A stretch of 64,000 nucleotides of DNA from Gnetum montanum (GCA_015680685.1 MNCI01000268.1:252986-316985); one strand, 5' to 3'. Shown: positions 38,453 through 50,939, counted from the first letter of the stretch. Numbers and translations are program-made. The notes: generated by a model from the sequence alone, not told the origin.

Positions 38453-39336
38453 TCTATTAAAGATTCAAAGTAAGTAGAATATGCATTGGCCAATGGAGTT
38501 GCGTATTGAATTGATGGAAACATCTTCTTCAAATCAAGTTCATCTTCCAAGGATTCCATTACACATCCATATTTTAAGAATTGATAAACACTACTTCCAA
38601 CTTTCACATTGAAGTCTCTGCAACAGACAAATGGCACTGGATCAGTATATCTAAGAAATAAATTTTTCCTCAAACTTTCCTCTATTTTCTTAATTAAGTA
38701 TGTTTCTTAACTAAGTCTAACATCTAGACATGTTGATTTGGCAATCAAATGTGTGTTGACTACACATACACATCTTCTTGATAGATGGATTTTTGGAATC
38801 ACCACCAAGGCTATGTGATTTTTTTAAAATATTGACTATTCTTTCTTTTCCATGGTTTGACATTCTAGAATTTTGAAAATTATATTTTCTAAACTCCATT
38901 CAAATCTTTGTACCAATTCAAGCTTGGCTTCTTTATAAAAGATCATACAACTATCCATGTTATGATTTCTACAATAGGCTAATCTATATGGCTCAAAAGA
39001 AGAACTTCCATAAGAACCGTTTTGCTTATAAACGCCTCTGTATCACATATTTTCCAAATTTTTTTGGAATTGGTATAGGAATTCCCATGGAAAGACTTCT
39101 TGTAGACATAAAACATTAGCATCCAAATTTTGCAACTCTACTATGATGCATGGGTATTAATATTCATGCCAATCCAAGATTAATTGTGGACATAACAAAT
39201 GTTTTTTCTCACTCACTAAGGATCTTGCAAGCACATTGTATGTTGCAACTTTAATTCTCATTCTTAGATTCTCTTCTAGATCATTTCTCTTCATGGATAT
39301 CATACACCTTATCGAAATGAAATTTTGAGTCTCCAT
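38453..39336 (-). pseudogene. CCR4: CCR4-like deadenylase (EEP superfamily), N-terminal/main segment (piece 1 of 3)
   Basis: Single frame from ATG 39336: KVATYNVLARSL..CPQLILDW..ELQNLDANVLCLQEV..YRGVYK..DSCMIFYK..KNHIALVV..VCVVNTHL..DVRLS*..PFVCCRDFN..GSSVYQFL..PLANAYS. Five in-frame stops, no frameshift. Confidence 0.92.
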
Positions 39337-39410
39337 GTTGTTTTATCATATGTTTTAATTACAAGATGAATTGATATATATTTTCTTGATCATTGAAGAC
39401 CCTTCTATTT

Positions 39411-39540
39411 CATCAACTAATTTCTCCAACTAATTTGATAATATTTAACTATATTATCTAATTTTAGTAATATTAACTAATTTTGGTAATATCTAACTAC
39501 ATTATCTAATTTTGGTAATATATAATTACATCATCTAATT
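39411..39540. repeat. Short AT-rich tandem array (ctaattttggtaatat(c/t)taacta(c/t)attat units) just upstream of the CCR4-like ATG
   Basis: 3-4 imperfect ~30 bp copies. TATATAT at ~39375-39381. Confidence 0.8.
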
Positions 39541-40739
39541 CTTAACAACCTTTTTACCCTCCTTTAAGACACTGACTTCAACAATGTAACTAATGACATG
39601 CTATAGTAATCTTAAGACTACAAGAAAAGATTAAGAATTTGATCTCAAGGCCCAAAAGGTTAAATTTGTTAGTCTCAACAAGGCATGATTAGTTATCCTT
39701 ATGTTATCGACTTCTAAGGCATAGTTTCATGATTTCATCAAATTATTGGGTATTTGAATGATAAATCTAACCTCACCATTGGTTTAGAAGGGCAAAATAT
39801 GTTGAAAATTATTGTTCATATGTTAAAAATGGATATCATATGCTCAAGTTATGTTAAAATTAAAATTTTGAGGGTCTTAAGGTACTTTCTTAGGCAAGGG
39901 ATGAAAACTAATTTTTGGGGTTTCATGGGGTATATTTGACTTCACCATTATGTCTGAAAGGTTGAAATTTGTAGGAAACGACTCTTTGTTTGCTGAAAAA
40001 GGCTTCTAAAATTAAAAGTTATGGCTTCTGGAGTCTAAAACCTTTAGTGTAAAAAAATGATTCTTAAGAGGTCATCCATCCCAGTGCTACTCCACAGTGA
40101 GTGCACTTAATTACAACATTTTTATCCTTGTTGATACCAAGATTCCTAATTCCTTTTTTTAAAAAATATTTTTTTGTATTCTTAATTTAAATCAATGGTT
40201 CAAAGATAGAAATTTTGAATATTTCATCAGTTGACAAGAATTTTAAATATTTTTGTCAATTGAAAAAAAAATTTCCATTGTGCGGTAGGGTAGGGACATT
40301 GGTAGAAATAGTTGTCTTAGTGTGCTAGCAATGGTGTCGGGGGCAAATTGGTGGCATTGGATGCAAATTGTCATCAGTCAGTGTAGACTGACATTTGAGT
40401 AGTAGCCTAGAGTAGAGAAAATTGATGTAATTTTCCATTTTCTCTCTACCACATAGCCCATGTGAGAGCTGATGTGGCTTATGTGTGCCTTGCTTGGCTT
40501 GTGTGGGGACCAATGCAGCTCATGCAGGGCTAGTGTGGCCCCCTCAAGGGCTTGCATGGCCCTAAGCAAGGCCTACGTGCTTTGCGTAGGGATCCACTTG
40601 GCTTGTGTTAGGGCCTATGTAGCCCCAAATGGGGCCTACATTGCCCACACAAAGGGCCAGTGTACCCCAAGCAAGGCTTGTAGCCTTGGCAAAAATAATG
40701 CACGTGTGTCAATGATGAGGGTTTTCTAGCACTAGAGGG

Positions 40740-41100
40740 TGTTGGAGGTGGCCTTTATAGGCGACATCATCAATGCTTGTAGAGCATCAAAGGTGGAAAT
40801 GATCTATCGCATCGTTAGTGCCTACAAAGTGCTAAAGGTGATAATGATCTATGGTGTTGTCAATGGCCACAAAGTGTCAAAGGTGATTGTGCTCTACGAT
40901 GCCATTGGTGCCGTGGAGCATCAGAGATGGTAGTAATCTATGGCATCATTGGTGCCTGTGGAGTGATAGGGATTACCTTTATGGGCAACACCATCAATGC
41001 CTATAGAGTGCTAGAGGTGCCCTTTATGGATGGCACCATAGGTACCCACAGAGCATCGAAGGTGACCTTTATCAATGGCATCATTAGTATCCATGGACAC
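40740..41100. repeat. 45-bp minisatellite, ~8 diverged copies, inside element D
   Basis: (g/a)aggtg anchor recurs at ~40745, 40790, 40835, 40880, 40924, 40969, 41014 and 41059. Confidence 0.85.
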
Positions 41101-43131
41101 CATGGCTGACAATTGTAGCGGATTTTCCAATGGTTGTAGAGGCAACGACAATGACAACAGTGCAATCAATGGCAGTGACAACAACAATGCAAGTGGGGAC
41201 TAGAATAGTAGACAATGAGAAATGTGGTAATGGTTTTGGTGATGGTTGCAATAGGTGTGTAGCTATGAAGTAGCTTACACAACATGATGTGACTAGCAAG
41301 TGGATGACAGACTACAAGCAAGGGAGTAGTGATGGAAGTAGGCAAGTAATGATGGTAGCAAGGTGCAAGTGTAGCAAATGGCAATGTAATGGCAAAAGTT
41401 GGTGTGTGGCAAAGAATGGAGTCTGTTGGTGCCATTGGGTGGAGTGGCAAGGCATGGCATGCTTGAGTGACCATTGGGACCAATTGTGATGCTACGTGGC
41501 TAGGCCTTGTAGCCCTATCACGTAATGATGCAATAGGCCCTGTTACTACCAGAAGCAAGGGCCAATTGTGATCCTAACCTTCCCTTGAGGTTAGGGCTTT
41601 TACCCAAAATTTTAATTAATTTTTAATTAAATTTTTTTAATAATAATTTAATAACTAAATATTATTTTAATGCATTTATAATGAGAAACTTAAAACAATG
41701 ATATCTCTCAAAACCGTAAGTCCAATTGAGATAAAATTTGTACCATTGGAATCATCTTGACAAGTACTATGCATTGAACATAGTATAAAATTTAAAAACA
41801 ATGTTGAAATTTTAGAAATTAAGAGGACCAAAATAGCCTATCTTGTTGAATGAACATTTCTACATTGATGTATGGTAACTTGAGGTCTTCTAGATTACTT
41901 GGAATTGATTAACTAATATATTGAACCTTAGATAAGCATGTAACACTATAGCATACAATTTTGCAAATGATAGAGATCTATCCTCTATATGCTAACAAGA
42001 AGATTATGAAAACATCATTTACTAAGTACTAGTTTCCCTATGCAGATCAAACAATCTTATGGATGGATTAGCTCCCTTATCTTGTCAATACCTAGGTCTT
42101 TGATATGGTGAATAATGCCAAGTTACAAGGGTTAAGTTCTTAAAAAATGAGTTTCAACAAAACAAGATTAATTCAAGTTATGATTACTAACTTTTTGGGA
42201 GAAACTTAACAATGACCTTAATCAATTAATATTTATAGTATTAAGATGAGTAAGAGTTACCTGGAGTAGTGTATTCTTGTCTTACCCACATTTTTTGTAA
42301 TTGATGAATCTTGATGAGGCATAATTAGATCTTCATTGGTCAATGATATCCATGGAAGGATTTTGTTGGTTGGTGGGATTTATGTTTTTTGTAGATGCAT
42401 GAACCATTGTTTATGAAATCAATGGAAATGTATCTTCTAGATTATATCTCAGATATATGATACATCTAGTGATAATCAATGATTTTTCCTATGTCATGGC
42501 TTCATAGTTCATCATCAAGTTCATGTTGTAGTCAGTCCATGGTTTTGAATGGTCCTTGGATCGTGATTTGTTGTGATGCCAATTGTGACATCCCATCCCT
42601 AGATGTCATGGAAAATATCACATTTATGTTATATTAGACATTATGCATAAGAAGAAAAATATCCTAAACATCAAATATATGTAACATTTGACATTATGTA
42701 TAAAGGAAATAACAAAGAAAGCACAAAAAGAAAAAGAAACAATGCTTTATTGATTTGGAATAGAGTATTTGGATCATGCTCTAAGAGTGTTCTTTGGGTT
42801 TTCCTCCTTCAACATCTATCCCCTTAGAGGCAATCTAGCATTGCCACCATGGTTAGGCCTATCATTGGCTAGAAGGGATGGCCAATTCTCTTTTTGTCCC
42901 ACTTCACCTAGCACCTATGACTTGCCTTTATTGGCTCCGCTACTCCATGTCAGCATGACCTCTAAGCTTGGGTATAAATGCCTTAGGTTAAAACCCTAAA
43001 GGTTACCTCAAGAGATATGTCCATTATTATAATGCATCCTTTCAGGTCTTATCACAATAATGATAACACTTGTTATGAAGAGGCACCATCTTCGTTATGC
43101 AGTAGCATCATTTGGGAATGGGAACATTACA

Positions 43132-46033
43132 GTTCTTTTTTAAAGTCTTTAGGAACTTCCAACTTCCCCCAATCTAATTTGGCCTCTTTATGGATGATTT
43201 GGTTTCAAATTTAGTCCATCTCATCCATCTTATCAATATTAGTACTTGTGAGGATCTCTAGTGATTCCATGCATATTGTTGAATTAGACTCAACATCTGT
43301 TATCAACCATAGGGAACCTTCTTGTTTTGTGGCTACTAAATATAGGTAAATTTTAATCTTGAATGTTTTGACATACTTATTGCATGATGTTATAGATGTT
43401 CTTTTTATGGTCCATATCTTTTGCATGCAATGGCACCCCATGTCATTGTACACAATGCATGGAACTCGCTTCTTCTTTACTTTTTTGAAGTCATTTTCCT
43501 TGGAAATTTCCAAGGAGAGGTCTTTGATCCCCATCTTGGCATTAATTGTACTAATTCAAGCCCTTCACATGATAATAGGAAAGTCCTTCTTACAATTATA
43601 TACATGGATTACTAGAAAATCTATTAGATAGGACCATTCACAAATGGTGGTCATAATATCCTCCACTAGTCCTAAGAGAATAGTGATAGATTGATTAGCA
43701 AGCTCTAATATGATATTGCATTTCTTGAGTGGAGGTAGCTTCCAAATTTTATACATTTCTTGAGAGATTAGGTTTACCGAAGGACCTAAGTCAAAAAAAT
43801 TTTTCATGGATCATTTCTTGCAATTTGTAAGTAATTTAGCAAACACCCAGGATCATATATTTTCCTAGGAAGATGTCTTGCCTTGATCCAATCTGTAACT
43901 ACATAAGTTAATATGACAGTATGAAAATTTTGGGATCTTTATTTTGAAGGAGGTTCATTAATAGCTTTCAAAGCAGTGGAAGAAGGATTGATAGCCACTA
44001 ATATCAGCAAGAGTTTTGATGGACAATTGGATCTAAAGAAAGGAAATTTTTAAGGCTTATGCTTAGAACCACTTAGATCATTATCTAGCTATACATTTAT
44101 GGCCCTCATTGCATTGTGTTACTAAGGATCTGGTGAAATTTCTCCTTACGTAGGTGATGCAAGTAGCAAAGAAGTAGTTTTGGATGGTGTAGCGTGAGAT
44201 GGTGGATAATAAGAAAGATAAGTAGAAGAAGATTTAGTTCGTGGAGTGGTTGTTCTATGATATTATGAGGGTTAATAGAAATGGAAGAAGGAAGTATGAC
44301 TCATAAAGCCACAAGGAGATATAGGTTGTTGGACATAATAACCATATGGATTTGGTTGATAGTAAGCATATAGTTACCTTGGTGGTGGCATCTCCCATGA
44401 CTATGAATTTTACCATTACTGATAATGCTACTAAGGTTGAGATGGTGCTCCACTTGGATAGTACAATGATTAGTAGAACTGATGTCGATAATTTCCTTAT
44501 GGATAAGATAATCTCCTAGATGATTACCTTTCTACTAATTTTGGATTTAAAGCATACATCCTAGATTCTTCTAAATGTGAAACTATAGGATAACATCCCT
44601 TGGGATGTTCATATTGGCATATGTAACATACTTCTTCATTTATTTTAGAATCTACAACCTCATCTATAGCTATAGCCTTAGCTTTTTTCTCGTGATAGTT
44701 CATGCATGTATCTTTTCTCCTTCTTCTATCCCTATCTCAATTCCCCTAGTCCATTTTCTTCTTCATAATTTTTAATGTGGTTTACCTTAGTTGATATTTT
44801 TGTGAAAGATTTTTAAATCATTAATATTTTTCTTTGTACCATTTCATCTAGTGGTACTTCCTCCTTTGAATCATAGAAACACATTTCCCTTTTGTGAATC
44901 GAGGGGTCTCTATTGTACTTCTCTACACTCTTCTATTTTTTTAGTTTTCCTTCTTCTATGGCTACTTGTTTGATAAGCCTTTAGATTGATAGATCTTCAT
45001 TTCTAAAAGTCTCTCGTGGGTATACACTCCAATAGTTTTTCTAGTTTTGTTTCAAATCCCATCTATTATGTGATAAAGCTGTTCCCTTTGAGAAAAACCA
45101 TGGCCTAGGTAATGGTGAAAAAGAGAGTAATGCCTATCTAGGGCTACATCAAGGGATTCATAATTACCTTGTTTATAACCTTAAATTTATTACTTCAAAT
45201 TGGATACCCCAGAGTACATTTGATACTTATCATTAAACATCTCTAGTAGTTTACTGCATCTGTGAATAGATTCTAATTCCAAGGACTAGTATCAACTTTC
45301 AACTTCTTTGATACGTGTCCTAGGAAATAATTTAAGTTTCTAACACTTATTCTCAATATTTTGCAAGACACAAGTATCATGAAAGACCTATAAATGATGT
45401 TATCCATCAACTTTATATCCTCTAATTTTTTTATATTATTTATGTCAATTTCTTTAATTCTACTATCTCTTCTAAAATATGCTTAGTAGGGATTTGAACT
45501 TCTTCTAAAATATTAATCATAGTTATTATATTCATGATCATGTCTTCTATAATATTTCCTATTGTAACTTCATTTTCAATGATGCTTCCCTTCTTTTTAT
45601 AGTTGACTATGCTATCTTTTCGAATGACTATGATGGGATCTTTGGTCATGTCCATCTCGATCTTGATAATTTCTTCTTCAGTCTCAACCATGATTTCTCC
45701 TTTTACAAATTGATGAGAAGGAGGATGATGAAGGTGGAGGTTAAACAGAGTGGTGCCTAATGGTTCTTCTCCTATGATCCTTTTATTGTTTTTTTTTTTT
45801 TCATTTTCTTTTGATGGATGTTTTGGAGATCTTTGTCATAAGGTTCTCCTAGTTGTGGATCCTATTCTTCCCTCATCTTGGTTATTCACCGATGTTGGTG
45901 TTGGAAATCTCAGTTGTTGGAACACAAAAATTGAAAGATCCGAGTGCCAAAATAGTCTTAACCCGAAATCCCATGGGCCTCTGAAAAATAGGATTTAGGG
46001 TTCCCTAGATGGTCTTGTCAATCACCCAAGGAC
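43132..46033 (-). pseudogene. gag: Degenerate gag-protease of element C
   Basis: FFDLGPSVNLISQEMYKIWKLPPL; capsid remnants (KLKLFPRT..SLELESI) colinear with A gag. Confidence 0.85.
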
Positions 46034-46034
46034 T

Positions 46035-47400
46035 TAGAGAACGAAAATGGAAATGGCTATGGAAACATAAATGTATCTATGAACGAAATCAAAAACAACA
46101 ACGAAAACAAAAATAAAAATGTAAGTGGATCGGGCCAAACAAAAATGAAAATAGAATTTACAATTATATAAATAGATGTAGAAATGAAGTAGAAACCAAA
46201 AATTTGCATAGCATGAACAATAAAATTTATATAAAAATATAAAAAGGAGTGGGTTCACTATGTACAAGTATATGCCCAGGGGCATAAGAATTTGCTCATC
46301 GAAGCTAGAAGTCTATTGGAGAAGGTTTCCTCCATGATCTAGTCTCTTCCCAGGTCCATTTTTCTACAACTTCCTCTAGTTTTCACCAAATAAGTGAAAT
46401 GGAAATGCGATTAGTGTTGCACATTTGGAGTAATGGAAACCATGTGGGAGTCTCTATGCCTAGCATAGTCCTAGTTTCTACTACCAAACAATACCACCAG
46501 ATGAGGTTGTAATGGCTATAATGGGTTTTGATGGCTAGAAATGGGAAATGATATTATTGTAAAATGGTTTCTAAAATGTCAAAGTACTCCAAATGTTGTA
46601 TGATATCTGCTATATGGTATGCCAATTACAAAATTCTGAAACTGTTCTATGGTGTCAACATTGGATTTTTATAAGGATAGGATTACTGTTTTTGGGTCTA
46701 CCGTGGACTACCATTGATTGCTAACAAATTGCTACTAATTGAGAGTTTAACATGGTTACTTCTATTAATGTAGTTCATTGATTACCATTAGCTTAGTCTA
46801 TTGACTACTAGCAGCATAGTCCACTCAACATAGTTTGCTGACCACTATTAGCATAGTCAATGAACAACTACTAGTGTAGTTGCCATTTGTGGTAAGTCTA
46901 GAATGAACTACACCCACAAAACCCATATGTTTATTATAAATAGCAAACAGAATTTTGTGATTGTTGGTAGTGTTGGAGAATGGTACAAGTGTTGATAATT
47001 GAAAGGGCAGACAAAAACCATAGAAGTGGTGGATCCCATTGGAAAGTGCTATGCCTCATGGTGAATGCTATCTATGTTGGCTATTGTTGACTTGAAATGA
47101 CTACACTAGGTGTTGTTGGAAAAATGAAAATTCCAACAATCCCACTGTTGCATTTATGCTAGGTCTTGATGGTGACTATGTTGGCTATAGCTACTATGAC
47201 CATTGAAAGTGTAGTTCTCGTGACTACTAAAAATGGCTCCAGCGTAGTTGGGATTATATTCTTACCAAAAACCATGGAAATGCCATTTTTGGCCATTCCA
47301 AAGGTGTTTTCAACCTTTCCAAGCCCAAATATGAACATGGGATACCTATTTCTAATTGGGAAACAAGGAAATAACAACTTTTTAAGCATTTTTTAGCTCC
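46035..47400. mobile_element. Possible non-autonomous DNA transposon remnant (hAT-like end)
   Basis: Abrupt break of C gag at TAGAGAACGAAAATGGAAATGG, followed by AAACGG/AAAACGA-like subterminal repeats and short internal repeats (gactacc..gcatagtc). Other terminus not identified. Confidence 0.35.
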
Positions 47401-47559
47401 AAAAAGCTAAAGTATGCAAGATTGTGGCTCCTAGGCTACATACCTCACATTTGCAATGAGTCCTTGTTCCAAGTTAAAGAATGAAGGTTGCAACATGACA
47501 TTTGATGGTGTTTCACTGGTCCCTTTTTGTTGATTTCTTAAGAATTAGAGAAAATGCCC

Positions 47560-49025
47560 AATGGTTTTGGAGATGTTTTTTACTTTATGGAGAGATTATT
47601 AGTTCTTTAAGGTTTTTATGTTAATGCAAGCCTAATATTAAATTTTCTACCTCATATATTTCAAGATTCATGTTAATGTTCTCAAACATGTCATGAAATA
47701 TATCAAAGAAACTTATGATTTTGGGCTTAATTATGTCCAAGGCGATGCATATTACATTCTTATTTAGATGCAATTTTAAAAGGTAATTTGAATGATAGAA
47801 ATTTAACATTAATTACACTCATATTCTAGGGGCCAAACCCAATATATTGGAAGATAAGACCATAAACTTTTGTTATCCTATCTTCTTTTGAAGTTAAATT
47901 TACTACAATGGTTGAATGTCTTCAACACATTCTTTGGCTAAAAAAAAGTTACTCTCACAACTTAGTTTAAGGTAAACTAGCATATTGATTTCTTTGTAGA
48001 TAATATAGAATAATTGAATTCTTTAAAAAAACATGTGTTACATAAAAGTTTAAAGTATATTAACATCAATTATTATTTCATTAAAACAAAGGTGAAGAAA
48101 TATATAATTAAAGCTTTATATTTGGAAGTAAAATATTAATTGATGTAGATGCTTACAAAGTCTATTTAAGTTAATAAGATGCACCAACATATTGAAGATA
48201 CTGGAATCAAGCAAATCACTCATACTCACAAATTTTATTATATTCATGCCCATTGCATATTAAAGTAGAAAATGTTAGAGATAGTGTGAATGGGATGATA
48301 GCTTTGAGTCCTTTTCTTCATGTTCTTATGTTACTTTGTTGTTGATCTATTATCTTGAACTTTAGTTATTTTATGAATCATGGTAAAGCTACTGTTTAGA
48401 CTTATAATTGTACATCATGTATAAAAACTTCCTAAAAATAGAAAGGACACCTCAAATATATAATGGTCATGCATCATGCCTTTAATAACATGTATGGGTC
48501 ATGTATACATATAAATAAAGGTGTTCTATGGCTAAAAAGTTTTTAGAAAAAACTTCATTTTGTTAAGTTTGGCTTTTGCAACTCTTGAAAGACATTGTTT
48601 TAAGGTTTCTTATCTATAGAAGAAAAAGTTGCAATTATTTTAAGCATTTTTCTTAGTTCTTTTTCACATTAATCATAGTCTCTCACAATCAAATTATCTC
48701 ACACTATTCATCATTGAATCTCTTCTAATTCTCATTCATTTCACAATATTACTAGCATAAATATCTTACTTCTATTTCATATTACCAAATCTCTATCAAA
48801 TCTTTGTCATATCTTTATTCTACATCATTATATGTTCAAATTTGTATGTATTTGATGTTTAAAGCTTTAGATCTATTGAATTTCTATGTTAAAGATCAAG
48901 TTTCATTAAGTTTTGATTTTTTTTATCTTAAATCTTTTTTGAATTACTCATCTCATACCAAGTCTTAGTTGTTCTCATAATGATCTACAAATCTACATCA
49001 AATCTACTTTAAAATCTCTACATAT
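47560..49025 (+). mobile_element. Ty1/copia 3' remnant (RT end, RNase H, probable LTR from ~48273)
   Basis: YLDAILKGNLNDR.., GANPIYW...VILSSFEVKF..ECLQHILWLK and HKSLKYININYYFIK are copia RNase H motifs. Purine tract followed by TGTTAGAG. Confidence 0.7.
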
Positions 49026-49974
49026 CAGTTGGTATTAATATAGGCAATTTGTAATGATAAAAAACAAATTCTTATTTATTTTAATTGTGCCAATTGATGA
49101 TGCATGACATCAATAATTCAAACTTGAGCAAAATCAACATATTGTAATACATCGACTACACAACTTCAAGTGACATCATTAGAATGTTATCAATTTACAT
49201 CCATATCATGATATGAAATGACTACATACAAATATTATCCATTTATATCATCTGAACAATATTGGACAATTCCTTCTTTGTTAAAATACAAAATGTATTA
49301 CTCATGGCTCCAATTAATTTTTAAAAATTTTCCACTATTGGTCATAGATCAAGTGATATCTAGCAATAGTGCTACACATTTCATCAAATTTAACTCCAAT
49401 GTCAAGCAATCTAGCTTTTAGGTGTACTTTGACAAATCTAATATGTATGCTTGTGCTTGTAGAAGATGTAAGAAAGTTTAGCTTACAAATTTGTTGCATA
49501 GTTCAATAAGCCACTTACTCGAATTCAAAACTCATGAGGGTTAGCTTAGATTCATCACACAAGACAATGAACCATATACATAGAAATGAAAACTCAATAT
49601 TTATTAGTGATACATATTCAATGCACAAGACATTAGCACATTAAGAGTTCTAAGAAACATTTTGGAAGCATATTTTAATAATGATGCTTAATAGTTTTAA
49701 GATATGGTGTGTATGTTTTCTTAATTTGATAATATTTAATATTTTGTTAATTCATGATGTTAGTGTAGGCATATTATTATGATATCAATGTTTGATAACT
49801 AACTAATGTATTATATTGATGGTGGTTCTAACCTTGGGTTTATGAGCTTTAGGTTATTCTTTAGGCATGATACCTTTGTTAGGTAGTTCTTCATTCTCTA
49901 CTAGAATCTAGATATTGAATTTTCTACTCATTAAGGATTGACCTTGTACCTTTGTATAGGCTATGTTGGTAATA

Positions 49975-50597
49975 ATGTTGAACATGAGGAGGCCTAGATT
50001 GTGGATTACTAAGTATGCTTGGATGTTGCTATTGTTTGGATTATTTAACTTTTATAAAAGCTATTAGTAGAGAGATGCCTAGAAGAAAAAGCATTATTGT
50101 TCCCATTTACAAAAACAAAGGAAATATGCAAAATTATGTAAACTATAAAGGGATCAAGCTAATGAGCCATACTATGAAGCTATCTTATATAGTGCTGAAT
50201 GTTGGGTAGTACATAATAGGCATGAACAACATCAATGTGGTAAAAATGTGAATTCTTTGATAAATGTTGAATGTTATCAAAAGAGATAAAGTGCACAATA
50301 TAGATTAGAGGAAGACTTGGAGTAGCTTCTATTTCAGATAAGTTATAGGAATGGTCTTAGATGGTTTGGTCATGTACAAAGAAAATCAAATAATGAGTCA
50401 ATAAAAAAAGATTGCTAAATCACCATTTTACAAAAGCCACCAAAATGAAGATAAAAGACATGGAAAAAAAGGATTGAAGTTGATTTGAAGAAATTGCAAA
50501 TAAATAAAAATGTAGCTCTTCATAGAGGTAACTAGTGAAAACAAACTCATGTAACCAACCCCATTTTGTTAGGGCAAGCCTATGATGATGATGATCA
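49975..50597 (+). mobile_element. RTE-clade non-LTR retrotransposon remnant, internally deleted, (TGA)n tail
   Basis: MPRRKSIIVPIYKNKGNMQNYVNYKGIKLMSHTMKL; LRWFGHVQRK; ends tatgatgatgatgatc. Confidence 0.88.
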
Positions 50598-50939
50598 TGG
50601 AAAGCTATTGTTCATATTCTATACCAACTTTTCATGAAAGTTGCTAATCATATATTTTCTCTCTCTATGAGAAGTGAATCTAACCAACAATTGGCTTTAA
50701 TTCATTTAAGTTATTTCTTTTAATTATGAATCTTGAAATATTCAATCTCCTTTTTATTCTTTTTCCATTTTAAGATTTTGAATTAATGCTTGTTATTTAT
50801 GTTAGCATTGCTTTATTGATGTCATCATCCTTCTTTCACACTTTATTTTCCACTAACAATATAAAAGATTAAGTTTTTTTTATAATGAAGTATCATTTCA
50901 CTTTTTCAAAGTTACTCAAAGACATGGTGTTACATTTAC

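Larger units (their letters stand above)
15828..43131 (-). mobile_element. Non-autonomous LTR element D (chromovirus/Tekay-like ends), ~6.0 kb after removing nested A and B; LTRs 15828-16374 and 42584-43131; carries CCR4-like ORF
   Basis: ~547 bp LTR pair T(G/A)TGACATCCC...CATTACA. TSD gttcc (15823-15827) / gttct (43132-43136). iMet-like PBS TGGCATCACAAC (~42570-42581). PPT ...TTCAAGGATGAATGAAACCTAATGGGGGTAGAT before the 3' LTR (16375-16407). No gag/pol motifs seen inside. Confidence 0.9.
10680..46033 (-). mobile_element. Old Athila-like Ty3/gypsy element C (host of the nest); env-like 10680-11507, INT/RH/RT ~13050-15827, PR/gag 43132-46033; termini lost or outside window
   Basis: pol reads continuously across element D (KKEP|LELNSL; TSD gttcc/gttct). 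Motifs DLGPSVNLISQE and DSHEGPCGGQY..FWPNIF..SCKR. Colinear with elements A and B. Confidence 0.85.

Noticed and set aside
38407-38673. ORF-track 88-aa ORF as a stand-alone gene
   Set aside because: It is an internal fragment of the CCR4-like frame; its last residues (from DDEPLG) read into the A LTR.
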